A stretch of DNA of 62,413 nucleotides, filler included, from Pirum gemmata (Eukaryota), in NCBI GenBank assembly GCA_002812295.1. It is 29 parts of 29 records of this genome, joined end to end, with 100 filler letters (N's around TTAATTAATTAA, not from the genome) between each part and the next. Parts side by side here need not be neighbours in the genome. Positions count along the whole stretch, not along the records: positions 23,693 to 26,994 come from PDIN01010248.1; positions 27,095 to 28,992 come from PDIN01010249.1; positions 29,093 to 31,664 come from PDIN01010250.1; positions 31,765 to 33,664 come from PDIN01010251.1; positions 33,765 to 35,668 come from PDIN01010252.1; positions 35,769 to 37,656 come from PDIN01010253.1; positions 37,757 to 39,641 come from PDIN01010254.1; 22 more parts are not named here. One strand, 5' to 3'. A model generated the notes under the pieces. It did no database searches, was not told the origin of the DNA, and saw nothing but the letters and a program-made list of their open reading frames with translations. Made by a program: the position numbers and the translations under genes. Numbering within the stretch: the stretch's first letter is position 1; the number at the start of each line of letters is the position of its first letter. This document shows, piece after piece, positions 24,853 to 38,153 of this stretch.

Positions 24853-25824
24853 TACTATAGCTATAATAATAATATATCGTTTTTAATAATAAAATCAGTA
24901 TATGATATTGAAATCAGTATATGATAATGAAAATGAGAATGATTAATGAATGTTATACATCTGTGTTATACATATGCATTTATTATAATACTGTGGTCTC
25001 ATACTGTCCATAACAACAACAAAAACGAACTTTTTTTTTTGGTGGCTAACTTGTCGTCCCACGTTATTTATATTATTCCTAGCTAGGACTTCAGTCCTTG
25101 ATTATTTTCTACTACCGGTAGCTAGCTAGCTAGCAGTAGTCAATACTTTTTTAGGGTGGTCGGAGACTTGGAGTCGGACTAGACCCCCTCTACTATTTGA
25201 CTATCTAGCTAGCTAGCTAGTAGTAGTAGTCGACTCTGGTCAGGACTCATGTCATAATAATATTATATTTTCCTTGCCTTCGTTTTTTTTTTTTTTTTTG
25301 GATCAGTTTTTTTTGTTTTTTATTTTTTTGATTTTTTTTTTTTATTTTTTTTTTTTTTGGATCAGTTTTTTTTGTTTTTGATTTTTTTGATTTTTTTTTT
25401 TTAATTTTTTTTTTTACATCATGAATTTCTAAATAGTAAGTAGACTTGGAATTTTGCAAGCTCGATTAGTACTCGATCCCAAATTTCTAAAATAAAAATA
25501 CGTCATCTGTTTAATGGAGTGGTGTTGGATTTTTTTTTTAAAATTTTTTTTATCATTGTTTTTTTATTAAAAAAAAACATCACTTTTTTAGGAGAGGTGG
25601 ATAAAAAAAAATGAATAATGAAAAGTGACGTAGTTAAAACCGACGAGTGCCAGTTCGGCTCGTCAAAGACTCGAAAAAAGGAAAATGAAAGTGAAGCAAG
25701 TGGTTTGCACAACTTTTCAAATGTGACTAGCTCTAGTTAGCTAGTACTAGTGAATATGATTATCATATTTTGTTTCATTATACTACAGTCGATACTTTAT
25801 AACTTTTTTATTTTAGTATTATTA

Positions 25825-25867
<43 letters not shown>

Positions 25868-25949
25868 ATTATTATTATTATTATTATTTGATACTTTGAA
25901 TAGTATTTGGTATTATTCGTTTTAATATTAAGTTGTAGAGGAGGTCACA

Positions 25950-26410
25950 ATGTCTATTTCAGCACGCCCAAAAACAGCGATTCTTGGTAGTTACAAATTT
26001 CATATTCATTTATTAATCTTAAATGTTAGAATAGAAAACTACGTTTTGTTATATTTTGTTTAAGTGAAAAAATAAATCAATCAATACAATTTAATTTTGT
26101 TGTTTGCTTAGTTGTAATGATAAATTGGTTTCTCACAATTTTTTGTATACTTTTTTTATTTTTATTTCTTTTTTATTATTATCTTGTTCCGTACTTGCAT
26201 TATTTTTCTAACCCTAACCCTAACCCTTTTTTTTATTTATTTATTTATTGCTATTTATTGCTACTGTTATTTAAATATTTGCTGTCAATTTATTTCTTTT
26301 TACCTTTATTGTTGTTAATGCTGTATTTTTTGTTTTTATTTTTTTAAGCTGCGGTAATTGCATCAGAAGTAGCTGAACAACCTTTAGAAATTTTATGGAA
26401 CGGAAAAGTT
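25950..26410 (+). CDS. Possible two small exons of an unknown gene (25950-25986 and 26349 onward)
   Basis: A GT-AG intron joins MSISARPKTAIL to AAVIASEVAEQPLEILWNGK; no family recognised. Confidence 0.35.
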
Positions 26411-26664
26411 ACGACGCCAACCCTATCTTTCAATGGGTTTTGTCTATTAATCCTGAGTNNNNNNNNNNNNNNNNNNNNNNNNNNNNNNNNNNNNNNNNNN
26501 NNNNNNNNNNNNNNNNNNNNNNNNNNNNNNNNNNNNNNNNNNNNNNNNNNNNNNNNNNNNNNNNNNNNNNNNNNATTTATATATTATCATGGTTATATAT
26601 AGCTTGTTTAGCAAGGCATGGAATAGAGGTGTTTATTTGTGCTAATGTGAATAATAAACCCAAC

Positions 26665-26934
26665 CGAATTTTTCTCGAACGGACAGTTTTTACTTTCCAA
26701 ATTAACTTTCATCAATCTAAAGAAAGTTGTATTCAACAACTCATCTAATATTTTATTCAGGTGCCCATCATTAGCGTGCTCTAAACTTTGTACAGTACAT
26801 TGTAATTCGTATATCCGATCACCTTTTACTGTAGGAATAAAAGAGCTATCTTTGGCAGAAGATAACGTGATTAAAGCAACGAAAAATATATGTACTAATG
26901 ATGATGATAATAAATGATGACAGTTCGTCAACAT
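26665..26934 (-). CDS. ERO1: ER oxidoreductin 1, first exon
   Basis: Signal peptide then CTVQSLEHAN...LNKILDELLNTTFFRLMKVNLESKNCPF, the ERO1 N-terminal FR-x-x-KVNL-x-x-x-CPF motif. Confidence 0.8.
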
Positions 26935-28575
26935 CTTTAGAAGTGAAAATCTATTGTTGCTTTGTTACTTTGTTACTTTGTTAGAATTATACGCNNNNNN
27001 NNNNNNNNNNNNNNNNNNNNNNNNNNNNNNNNNNNNNNTTAATTAATTAANNNNNNNNNNNNNNNNNNNNNNNNNNNNNNNNNNNNNNNNNNNNTATTAT
27101 TATTATTATTATTATTATTAATAATATTATTATTATACAGAACTATACAGAATAATAATTTATAATGCTCGAGCCTATTAAAAAAATTAAATATTTTGAC
27201 AATAATTTTTTTAAAAATTCATTCTTTTCAATCCTTTTACTATAATTCTTTTTCGATTTTTTTTTGATCATAATAATAATAGATTTTGATGAAAACCTAT
27301 ACACGTGACTGATATCATCTCTATTGCATTATCGACAGATGTCGATAATTTATTTATTTTTTAAAACCAAGAACCCCTAAAAACAGCAAGAACCCAGGAA
27401 AAAAATCTAGCTATCATAGCTAGCTGGAATAAGTGGTGTTGTTTTGTATACAATAAAGAGTACCATATATAAATCCATTTTATTTAAAATTTGGTATAAA
27501 TGAAAAGCACAACTAGAAAAGCACAACATAGTTTAGTAAATATCGATAGGAGTAGCTATCCAAGCTCTCTACTATGATAGCTACTAGTAGCTATCAGCTA
27601 GTAGCTCTAGTTGCTGCCTCTGACCCCTTATTAGCCCCTAACCCTAACCCTTATCATACCTGTAGACCCTGGCCTGTAGACCCCCGTCTAACCCTTACAC
27701 CGTCTGCCCAAACTATATGGTCTGTAACCTGCTACTACTAGCTAGAGCCCTAAGTTCCCCTAACCCTAAAAAAAAAAAAGAGAGAGAGAGATAGCTAGAC
27801 CCAATCATCTACCTTATTTAATTAACAAGCGGTAAGTAAATTGAATGTAAATTAAAATTTAAATATTACCATATTAGTATAACAAATATCATTTTATAGT
27901 AATAAAGCTATTATAAAATATATTTTAGTAGCACTATTGCTATAAAAAGAAAATTTATTTTTGTAGTTTTTGCTAGTAAGTAGTTGTTGCATTTTTATTA
28001 CAAACCCTAGCTAGCTAGTTTGGCCGAAAATTATTAAATGTGGCAAAGAGGCCCTCCAGGGAAATAATATAATTCAAAGTTAATTCAAACATTTTCCAGA
28101 AACCAAAGCTATTATTTATATTATTATATAGCCTATTAAAAGGCTTTATTTTAAAAAGACCAATAAAAAAAAAACTTTACTCATCGTTTTACCATTTTTT
28201 GGAAATTTGTCAGAAATTGTCTAGTCTGATACGCTGCTGACAATGATAATTTTTTTTTATGATAAAATGTATCATCTTCTCTATGATTCTATCTCTACGA
28301 GGCTACGATTCCCTATAGTCTAGTTCTCTATCCAGCTATAGGCTTCTCCCAATTCCGGGTGCTCTGTTTGGAAATCGATATTTCGAGTCTATATATTAAT
28401 TAATAAGTTCGAAATGTTCATTATTACAATTAAGTATTCAAATATATATATATATTTTTTTTTTAACAAACCTGAAAAATACCAAAAAAAAATATATTTT
28501 TAGGAGACTGCGCACTCTGCGCACCCACATTTGGGTGTGTGTTTTTTTTATGCATTAGTCTAATAGTCTATGATA

Positions 28576-28611
<36 letters not shown>

Positions 28612-28615
28612 TTGG

Positions 28616-28663
<48 letters not shown>

Positions 28664-29407
28664 CGGGCAAAAAAAAAAAAAAAAAAAAAAATCGAACACA
28701 CCTTCGAATTTATATATAGCTCTAACCCTTTTTTCGCCTCCACATGTGAGAAAGTCCTAGCTAGGAGAGGGACCTAGCTAGCTCTAGCTAGGGAGAGGAA
28801 ACTGGCACTTCCAAATGGCCGATCAATTTTTTTTTCGATCAGCCACTGTGCTCACATTGAATAATGAGTGACCTACCAATCGGCATTGGGGGTCAAATTC
28901 CCCTTTTCTATGTATCAATCTAGATGTAGGGGTGAGATATCTACTGGAACTTTTTTCGAACAGATGCTTATCGAGCCAACCTTAGTACCGTGNNNNNNNN
29001 NNNNNNNNNNNNNNNNNNNNNNNNNNNNNNNNNNNNTTAATTAATTAANNNNNNNNNNNNNNNNNNNNNNNNNNNNNNNNNNNNNNNNNNNNTTAATTAT
29101 TATATTATTGTTATTTATTTTTTTTTTTTAAAAACTGTTTTTTAAAAAAAAACTTTTGAGAAGGACATATGCGTATTTCTGCGAAATTATACCAAATTAT
29201 TAAACCCTCTCACATTTTTTGGTAACAACAATCAAATAATTCATTTTCGAATTATGAGAAGGACATATGCGTATTTATGCGAAATTATACCAAGTATACT
29301 GTTTGAATAGTTTTTTCTTTTTTGTTATTATTTTTTTTGTTAATGTTATTCCACTATTGTTTATTTTTGTTGCTTTATTTTATTATTGTTATTATTGTTA
29401 TTATACA

Positions 29408-29463
<56 letters not shown>

Positions 29464-31014
29464 CATTATCATTATCATTATCATTATCATTATCATTATC
29501 ATTATTTATTATTATTTATTATTTATTATTTACATTTTATTATTATTATCACGATTACCACTGCTACTGCTACTGTAACGGTCACTGTTGTTCTTATTTT
29601 ATTGTGTGGTTGTGATTGTTGAGTGTCAATCTTATATATAATAGCGCTTAGGATTACGATTACGATATGGTTTCTATCCTGTTACCATCGTTGTTAAAGT
29701 TATAATTATAAATGTAGTTGGTATTATTATTATTATTGCTGTATTAACTATTGCTGTTGTCACTGTTGCTACTTTTGTCATTGTGTTTTAGTTATAATGT
29801 TGGTGTTGGCGTCGGTGTCATTTATTAATTTACTGATTACTGATTGCTTCTTACTACTATTATGTTAATGATGATGGAAAATCTGATTACTTTTTATTGA
29901 TCGATAGATTGTTTGATCATTGATTACTAATTTATGATTGATAATTGGTGGTGGGATTGTTGATGTATTTATTTATTTATTTTTGGTACTTGTTGCATTA
30001 ACTTTGTTACTATATTAAAATAATTGCTAAACTATTTAGATTCGAAATTCATATTACTAGAGAGAAATAAACTAAACTGAGGTCTATGTGATTTGACCCA
30101 ATAAATACACCCCTAACAATGTAAATTTGAAAATTTTATAACGAATTATTGTCTATTATAAGAGATAGTGTTCGACCACAAGCAGTTTAATAAACATACC
30201 AACCTATTAGTTGGACAAAGTAGGTTTTACACCAATATGCTATTCATTCAAATACCTTTCTTCTATTTATTACTATCTTAAATTTTGATAACCCCATGCC
30301 ATAAAAAACCAACGGAACTAAAGAACATAGGTAAAAACCACATAAATATACATACATACATAATGTAGTATACCTAAAAAAACAACTTAAAATACAAAAT
30401 ATGAAAATTTTCAACCTTCAATATCATTTTTTGTCAGTTTCATTAGTATTGCCAAAGTTTAGCTTTGGATTAAGGTTAAAACAGAGAGTTTTTGCCACCA
30501 TTCAAAGTAATGGTATTATTATTATCAATATTTCTTGTATAGATATAAAATGCAAGAAATTATATATCGTAAAATAAAATAAAAAGTGAATAAATTTCCG
30601 GTAACCATCCTTGGGAATAACAATAAAAATTTGATAAGCAAAAACATATGAACTAATTAATCCCTTTTGTATGCGTGTTTAACCGCTTGTATTGAGAACC
30701 ACTAAATTACTAGACTTCCCTATTTCTTTATCACTTATCAAAATATTTGTAGTTTCAAACACAGAATTCCATGCATCTAGAACTTTTGTACAACCTAAAT
30801 AGTATGAAAGAAAGAATTGCACGTAGGAAGTAAAAAAAAATGGTTAAATAATAAATAATAAAACACTGCAAAATAAACGATAATAACAACAACAACCAAA
30901 AAACGAATAAATCCATAAACGAGTAAACAAACAAAAAACAAAAAAGTAAAAAAAGAGTAAACGAGCAAAACGAGCAAAAGAGAAAAAGAGCAAAAGAACA
31001 AATATAATATAATN

Positions 31015-31585
31015 TGTGTGGTTGTTGTGTTAATGTTGTGTTTGTGTTTGTGTTGTTGTTTTGTTGTGGTGTATTGTTGGTTTGTGATGTTTCGGTTGGC
31101 TTACTTGATGTGGTTGTTTGTTGTAAAATCTTGTTGTAATATTGAGCACATGCTTTAGTCATGTGTTTGCGATTGCATTTCTTGCATGTATTTTGTTGTG
31201 GACATTGTCGTGAGTGGTGGTCGTTGGACAAACATGTGTGGCATTTGAATTTGTTAAGTTGTTGGTATTGCAAGTTCTTTTGTTCTTGTGTTAGTTCTTG
31301 CTGCTGCGTTAGTAATGCCGTTGGTCTCCCCCCTTTGTTGTTGTTGCTGCCGTGGGGTTTGTGACCATTTGTTTGATGCATTTTTTGTCTATCTTCTATT
31401 TTTATTTCTGCTGCTGTGAATTCGTCTTGTATGTCTCTGTACATTTGCTCGATTACTGCTGTTGAGTCGAAATGGCCCTGCTCGTTCGCGAGTAGGAATT
31501 TGCTCTCCATATTGGAAGTGTGCTTGTCATATTCTTGACCGCAGCCGTAGACAATTGCTACTGACTTTAGTATGGTCACTAACAT
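31015..31585 (-). mobile_element. Retroelement gag/ORF1 fragment with two zinc knuckles
   Basis: CHTCLSNDHHSRQC (CX2CX4HX4C) followed by CKKCNRKHMTKAC (CX2CX3HX4C). Confidence 0.65.
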
Positions 31586-32273
31586 ATTATTAGAATAAAG
31601 TGTAAAATAAATAATAAGTAAATATTGTAAAAATTGTTTTGTAAAATTTAGAAGTAATTTTATTNNNNNNNNNNNNNNNNNNNNNNNNNNNNNNNNNNNN
31701 NNNNNNNNTTAATTAATTAANNNNNNNNNNNNNNNNNNNNNNNNNNNNNNNNNNNNNNNNNNNNCTTAACCTAACTCTAACCCTTAACCTAACTCTAACC
31801 CTTAACCTAACTCTAACCCTTAACCTAACCCTAACCCGTAACCTAACCCCAATAACCCTTAACCTAACCCTAACCCTTAACCTAACCCTAACCCTTAACC
31901 TAACGCTAACCCTTAACCTAACCCTAACCCTATGCTAACCCTAACCCTTAACCTAACCCTAACCCTTAACCTAACCCTAACCTTTAACCTAACCCTAACC
32001 CTAACCCAAACCTTAACCTTAACCCTAACCCTAAACCTAAACCTAGCCTTAACCCTAACCCTAACCCTGAACCTTACCCTAACCCTTACCCTCAACCTTA
32101 CCCTTAAACTTACACTTAACCTTACCCTATTCCTAATCCTAACACTACCCTCAAGTCTAACCAAACTCAAACCCAAAACCAAAACCGCAATTACAACCGC
32201 AATTACAAACGCAACCTTACCTCAATCTTACACCTAACCCTACCCTAAATCTGATTCCCTTTTTTTTTTCTAG

Positions 32274-32340
32274 AAATTTTCAATATGTTTTTTAATGGTC
32301 AATTTAATGGAAACCGGGGAGGAACGGTAATTCATGTTGC

Positions 32341-32383
<43 letters not shown>

Positions 32384-32491
32384 CTTGTTGTTGTTGTTGT
32401 TCTTGTTGTTGTTGTTGTTGTTGTTGTTGTTATTGTTGTTATTGNNNNNNNNNNNNNNNNNNNNNNNNNNNNNNNNNNNNNNNNNNNNNNN

Positions 32492-32531
<40 letters not shown>

Positions 32532-32543
32532 GGTTGTTGTTGC

Positions 32544-32595
<52 letters not shown>

Positions 32596-33600
32596 ATATT
32601 ATTATTGTTGTTGTTGGTGTTATTGTTGTTATTGTTGTTGTTGTTGTTGATATAATAATAATAAAAATAATAATAATAATTTATTACTAAAAATCAATTG
32701 TTATTATTATTACTGGGACTACATTTTCTTTTTCTTGTCAGTGTCCTGTTGTGGGGTCATTATTATTATTATTAATGTTGTTGTTGATGTTGTTGTTCTG
32801 TTGTTGTTGTTTCTGTTGTTGTTAACGTTGTTGATTCTGTTGTTGTTGTTTTTGTTGTTATTGTTTATGTTATTGTTTATGTTGTTGTTTATGTTGTTGT
32901 TTATGTTGTTGTGTCAGTTGCTATTGTTGTTGTTATTGTTGTTCTATTATTATTATTTATGTTGTTGTTGTTGTTGTTGTTCTGTTGTAGTTGTTTCTGT
33001 TGTTGTTTACGTTGTTGTTTCTGTTGTTGTTGTTTTTATTGTTATTGTTGTTGTTATTGTTTATGTTGTTGTTTATGTTGTTGTTTATGTTGTTGTGACA
33101 GTTGTTGTTGTTGTTGTTGTTATTGTTGTTAAAGTAATAATAATAATAATAAACAACAAAGGCGTTATTTTATATTATTATATTATGTTAATTGGTTTTA
33201 ATATTTATTATTTATTGCTGCTGTTGTTGTTGTTGTTCTGTTGTTTTTGTTGTTCTGTTGTTGTTGTTGTTCTGTTGTTGTTGTTTTTGCTGTTGTTTCT
33301 GTAATTATTTCTGTTGTTGTTGGTGTTATTGGAATAATAATAATAATAATAATACAAAGACGTTATTGTATATTATCATTCTGAATTGTTAGTTTTAATA
33401 TTTATTATTTTTAATGATTTTTTGTAATGTAGACTTTCTATTTTGGTGGTCAACCTGGTTTTAATCGTGCACAAAGACGACAGAGACAACAACAACAACA
33501 TTCTAATTCCCAAGCTAATCAACTTCCAGACTTTTCCTTTCTTAATCTCTTGTTCCCTATGATGTTATTCCTCATATACATTTTTTCAGGATCTGCTGAT
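32274..33600 (+). CDS. DNAJB12/14 (Hlj1)-like ER J-protein, exons 32274-32326 and 33433-33600
   Basis: Spliced EIFNMFFNGQFNGNRGGT|TFYFGGQPGFNRAQRRQRQQQ...FSFLNLLFPMMLFLIYIFSG: a G/F region followed by a TM helix. Confidence 0.7.
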
Positions 33601-33766
33601 GTAATAACCTAACCCTAACCCTAACCCTAACCCTAACCCAAACCCTAACCCAAACCCTAACCCTNNNNNNNNNNNNNNNNNNNNNNNNNNNNNNNNNNNN
33701 NNNNNNNNTTAATTAATTAANNNNNNNNNNNNNNNNNNNNNNNNNNNNNNNNNNNNNNNNNNNNAT

Positions 33767-33912
33767 AGAGACATAACTAAACTTTATGAAAAGGAGTTGT
33801 TTGGCAAATTATGGGAAGACAGTTTAGTTATGGCTGATAAGGGCTTTGAAATGCCGATTTAATGCCTGCTGGTGTTGATTATCAGATGCCACATGATGGT
33901 TTCGAGACATAA
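33767..33912 (+). pseudogene. ISL2EU/Harbinger (DDE_Tnp_4) transposase fragment, frameshifted
   Basis: RDITKLYEKELFGKLWEDSLVMADKGFE then, in another frame, ADLMPAGVDYQMP; VMADKGF is the second catalytic Asp motif. Confidence 0.7.
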
Positions 33913-35165
33913 AATTTGAACTTCAATGATGAATAACTCACGATGTAATAAAGCTTTGGGAATGAAACTTTCACCTCTCTAAACTACTTTTCGATGAAGA
34001 ATTCATTGGTATAAAGAAAACTAGTACATAAAAAATATAATACTTCACATCCAGATGCTAAAATGCATCATTTTCACGGGTAGCCGAAAAAGTACGTAAA
34101 AAATTAAAAATCATTATCCTTATAAGATTACAATAAATCTTTGTACATTTGTGGGATTGGTTAGTGTTGGGGGATGTGGGAAAAACTATCGAATCTAGAC
34201 TAGTTCAAATTTTTCGAAATTTTTCGATCTAATTTTAAATATTGACTCACTTTTGATTCATTGAAAAATTCTTAAATATTCTTAGAAATTTCATAGAAAA
34301 AACTTGAAACTCGAAAAAAAAATAACATTTCAAAATTGTCACTATTTAATAATTAGGATCAAGATGTTTGATTCGATTATGTTTTCCCGTATCTCCTTGT
34401 AAACACGTCATTTAGCATGAACAAAGGATTAACAAAGGCCCAACTATTATATAAAATATAAGAGGTTGGGTTAGGGTTAGGGCTAACCCTAACCCTAACT
34501 CCTATCCAATATCAAACATTTTCGTATTTTCTCGCACTGTATGATTCGAAAAAATATCGATTTTAAATGTTTTTTTTTATATCGAACACACAAGAAGTTT
34601 TCGTATTTTCTCGAATTCTCTTTAGCCCTAATCCCAACCCCAACCCTAACCCTAACCCCAACCCTAACCCTAGCCCTAACCCTAGCCCTAACCCTTAACC
34701 TCAACCCTTGACTCCAACCCCCTCCTGTAGTTTTTGATTTGAAAATATACATCACTGATAAGAATTTTTCGCTTTCTCGCTTTTTTCCTTCTATAACGAT
34801 TCGAAAAAATACATCCTCGAAAAATACATAATAAAATTTTTATAAACGTGTTCAAAAAAAATCAACTCGATGATTTTTTTATATCGAACTGATCAGAATT
34901 TTTCGCATTCTCCCTTCTATAGTTTACGATTCGAAAAATTACATCCTCAAAAAATACATAATAAACTATATAAACTTTTTCAAAAACAATCGAGTCTATA
35001 TGATCTATACAGAATTTCTCGCAATTTCTCGCATTCTCCCTTCTATAATTCCTTCTATAGTTTATGATTCGAAAAAATATATGCGCAAAATACATATTTA
35101 TCCATTTTGTTGCGCATTTTCTAACAAAGTTTAAAAAGGCCATAGGACGATCTAGCCCTCAAAAT

Positions 35166-35380
35166 GGCCTCAAATTATCATAGGGGCTAAAGTGTAGGGC
35201 TAGCATGGATGACGTCACAATATTATATTTTTATTTTTATTTTTTGCTAACCTCGTTTCTCTACCTAACTCCCCTCCGTGCTAGTTAGCCCTATACTTTT
35301 GTGGGGAAGAGGGGTTTCTCATTTCCTAATGTTATTGCGGCGTCGTCACTGCCAGCCCTATAGCCCTATAATTTAGGCCC
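35166..35380. mobile_element. Degenerate inverted-repeat element (MITE-like)
   Basis: Left GGCCTCAAATTAT..AGGGGCTA..TAGGGCTAGCA..GATGACGTCACAATA pairs imperfectly with right TATTGCGGCGTCGTCACTGCCAGCCCTATAGCCCTATAATTTAGGCC. Confidence 0.45.
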
Positions 35381-36115
35381 AATCCCAATACACAAAGTCT
35401 TATTCGAATACTTTTCTACGAACATTTTTGGAAGACTTATAATTATCAAATAAATCTGAAACATTTTTTTTTCGAACAGATCCAACTCGATTTTTTTAAA
35501 AAAAAACATCGGACCTAATATTGATTTTTGTCAGCTTACTAATTCGAATCAGACGATGAATCATCACTATAGTCGTATTTTTTTCTTTTTCGACCACTTT
35601 TATGATGCTTTCCTATAAATTTTATTCAAAATATAATATGAATAACAATGATAATAATAATAATAACANNNNNNNNNNNNNNNNNNNNNNNNNNNNNNNN
35701 NNNNNNNNNNNNTTAATTAATTAANNNNNNNNNNNNNNNNNNNNNNNNNNNNNNNNNNNNNNNNNNNNTGATAAAAATAACACTAATATAGGAATAATAT
35801 AATAAATAATAGCCAATAACATAACCGGGTAGTCATGCTGTTACAGTAGTTGTATTAATATAATAAGTAACATGTTAGTTGTTGATTCTTCTTTTCATTT
35901 TCAAAAATTCAACAAGTATATTTATACATTTTTTTATCATTTAATTAAATAAAATCAATATCATCATAATAAAAAATGAAATTATAAAACAACTTAAAAT
36001 TATAAAAACAATAATTAACTATCGTAATTATTGTTATAAACAATTAATTAATAACATATATCATAAAAATCTTCCAATAATCTATCGACACCAAACAATT
36101 TGGATAACCTCGGGT

Positions 36116-36364
36116 TAGACTTCTTCGAATTCTGCCCGGGCAGAATTTGGCCTTTTTCGAGAAATGACAAAATGGTGTTTTTCCTCTCTTATAAAAATAT
36201 AAACTCGAAATTTTCAAACCTATGTATTTATTAATAAACTCGAAAAAAATAATTTCAAACAGACCAAACAGACCAGAAATTCTGCTCGGCAGAAATCGAG
36301 CTTTTCGGGGCAGAAGGAGGCAGAAGCAGAAAGTCAGAGTTTTAGGGGCAGAATTCGGTGTCTA
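36116..36364. mobile_element. Complete 249-bp hAT MITE with 8-bp TSD CCTCGGGT
   Basis: TSDs at 36108-36115 and 36365-36372; TIRs TAGAC..CGAATTCTGCCC / GGGCAGAATTCGGTGTCTA; subterminal GCAGAA repeats. Confidence 0.85.
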
Positions 36365-36930
36365 CCTCGGGTATTGATTTACGAAATCAGTCAATATTAT
36401 CCAATAACTAATTTAATGTAATATATAGTACTATAAAGTAACTATTGAATTTATTATTATAATATAACAAAAATAATCATTCGTTTATTACTACAAATTA
36501 CTTAATTAAAATAAGTTTTGTAGCAAATCATATGAAATAATTATACAATTTAAATTCTTAGAAAACAAGAATTATTTCTTTATATCAAAACAAACGTCAT
36601 TGATAAGAAAAACTTATCAATGAACCAACAATATAAATCAATAATATTACCATATTTTGTAAATATAACTTCACATATATTATATTATCATAAAACAAAA
36701 TTTTGGCTCTTTTTAAAATCAACAAATTGAAAATCTACTTTCATTTTTATATTAATAAATATTATAAAATCATTTCTTTTAATATTTATTTATTAATTAA
36801 ATAAATAATGAATTTTTCAATTCAACAAATTATAATTTCATAATAATAATTATTTGCCTATATTAATAAATAATACAAAATATATTAATATATGTATTAT
36901 AACTTATTCATAATATTATAAAACCACATA

Positions 36931-37162
36931 GTAGGGGTGAGATATCTACTGGAACTTTTTTCGAACATATGCTTATCGAGCCAACCTTAGTTCCGTGTTT
37001 CTTACTAATAATAGCAGTTAAATAGCTTAAAATAGAAAATCTAATTATAGTAGTTACCAATTAAAGTAACAATATTAACATTAATAGTAATAAAAACCAT
37101 GAAAATCGGAAAAGTTCCGGCAGCTGCTCGGTAATAATATAATGACGTCATCTCACCCCTAC
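36931..37162. mobile_element. 232-bp MITE with 13-bp TIR, flanked by TA; partial copy at 28926-28992
   Basis: TA|GTAGGGGTGAGAT ... ATCTCACCCCTAC|TA; near-identical 5' end on another scaffold. Confidence 0.75.
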
Positions 37163-38153
37163 TAGAAAAATCTATCATGAACCAACCAATGGCCAGTTTC
37201 TAAAAATAGTTTGTCTATTTCATTACAGTTGTCCTCTCAATCTTTAATTTGGCACTTTTTAAGTGTATAATTGAGCTGTTTTATAAAATTCAACATTAAG
37301 TAAAAACTACCAAATTAATCAAAAAATGTCCGATATAATAATAATTTGGTAGGGTTTATTTCAGTTTTTGAACTGGACAACACTATCATATTGAAAAACA
37401 CGATTTAGACTACAAAAATAATACATAATAAGGGAGTTCAAATTATACGTCACGTCAAAGGGTAGGTAGGTAGGTGCTATTTTACCGGAAATTAACGTCG
37501 AGGGGTAGGTAGGTTACCATAGGTAGGGATATTTGAAGCTGTATTTGACCCTAACCCTAACCCTAATCCTGACTCTAACCCTAACCCTAATCCTAACCCT
37601 AACCCTAATCCTGACCCTAACCCTAACCCTAATCCTAACCCTAACCCTAACCCTAANNNNNNNNNNNNNNNNNNNNNNNNNNNNNNNNNNNNNNNNNNNN
37701 TTAATTAATTAANNNNNNNNNNNNNNNNNNNNNNNNNNNNNNNNNNNNNNNNNNNNAATAACAATAACAATAACAATAACAATAACAATAACTGTTGTAT
37801 TTTCAATCTATTCATAATAATGTTGGTAAAAACAAAGTGTGATTTCTGTAATTAATATTTTGTTGTAAAAAATTATTTTTGCACTAATGATATTAGCCCA
37901 ACAAAATATTGCACTTTGTAAAACAATCTGTTGAGGGTGTTTTATTTTTCTTTTGTTTTAGTGTTTTCTAAAAAATGCTAAAATGAAAAAGTATACAATA
38001 GTACTTTTTCTACACAAAATTAAAAATAAAAATCATACACTTAAAAATCATAAAAATTTTCACCAAAATTTTAAATTGTTTTTGTTATCATTAAGAGTCC
38101 AATTACTTACTCTATTTAATTTTATTTTTACCTTTTTCCTTTTCTTCATCAAA

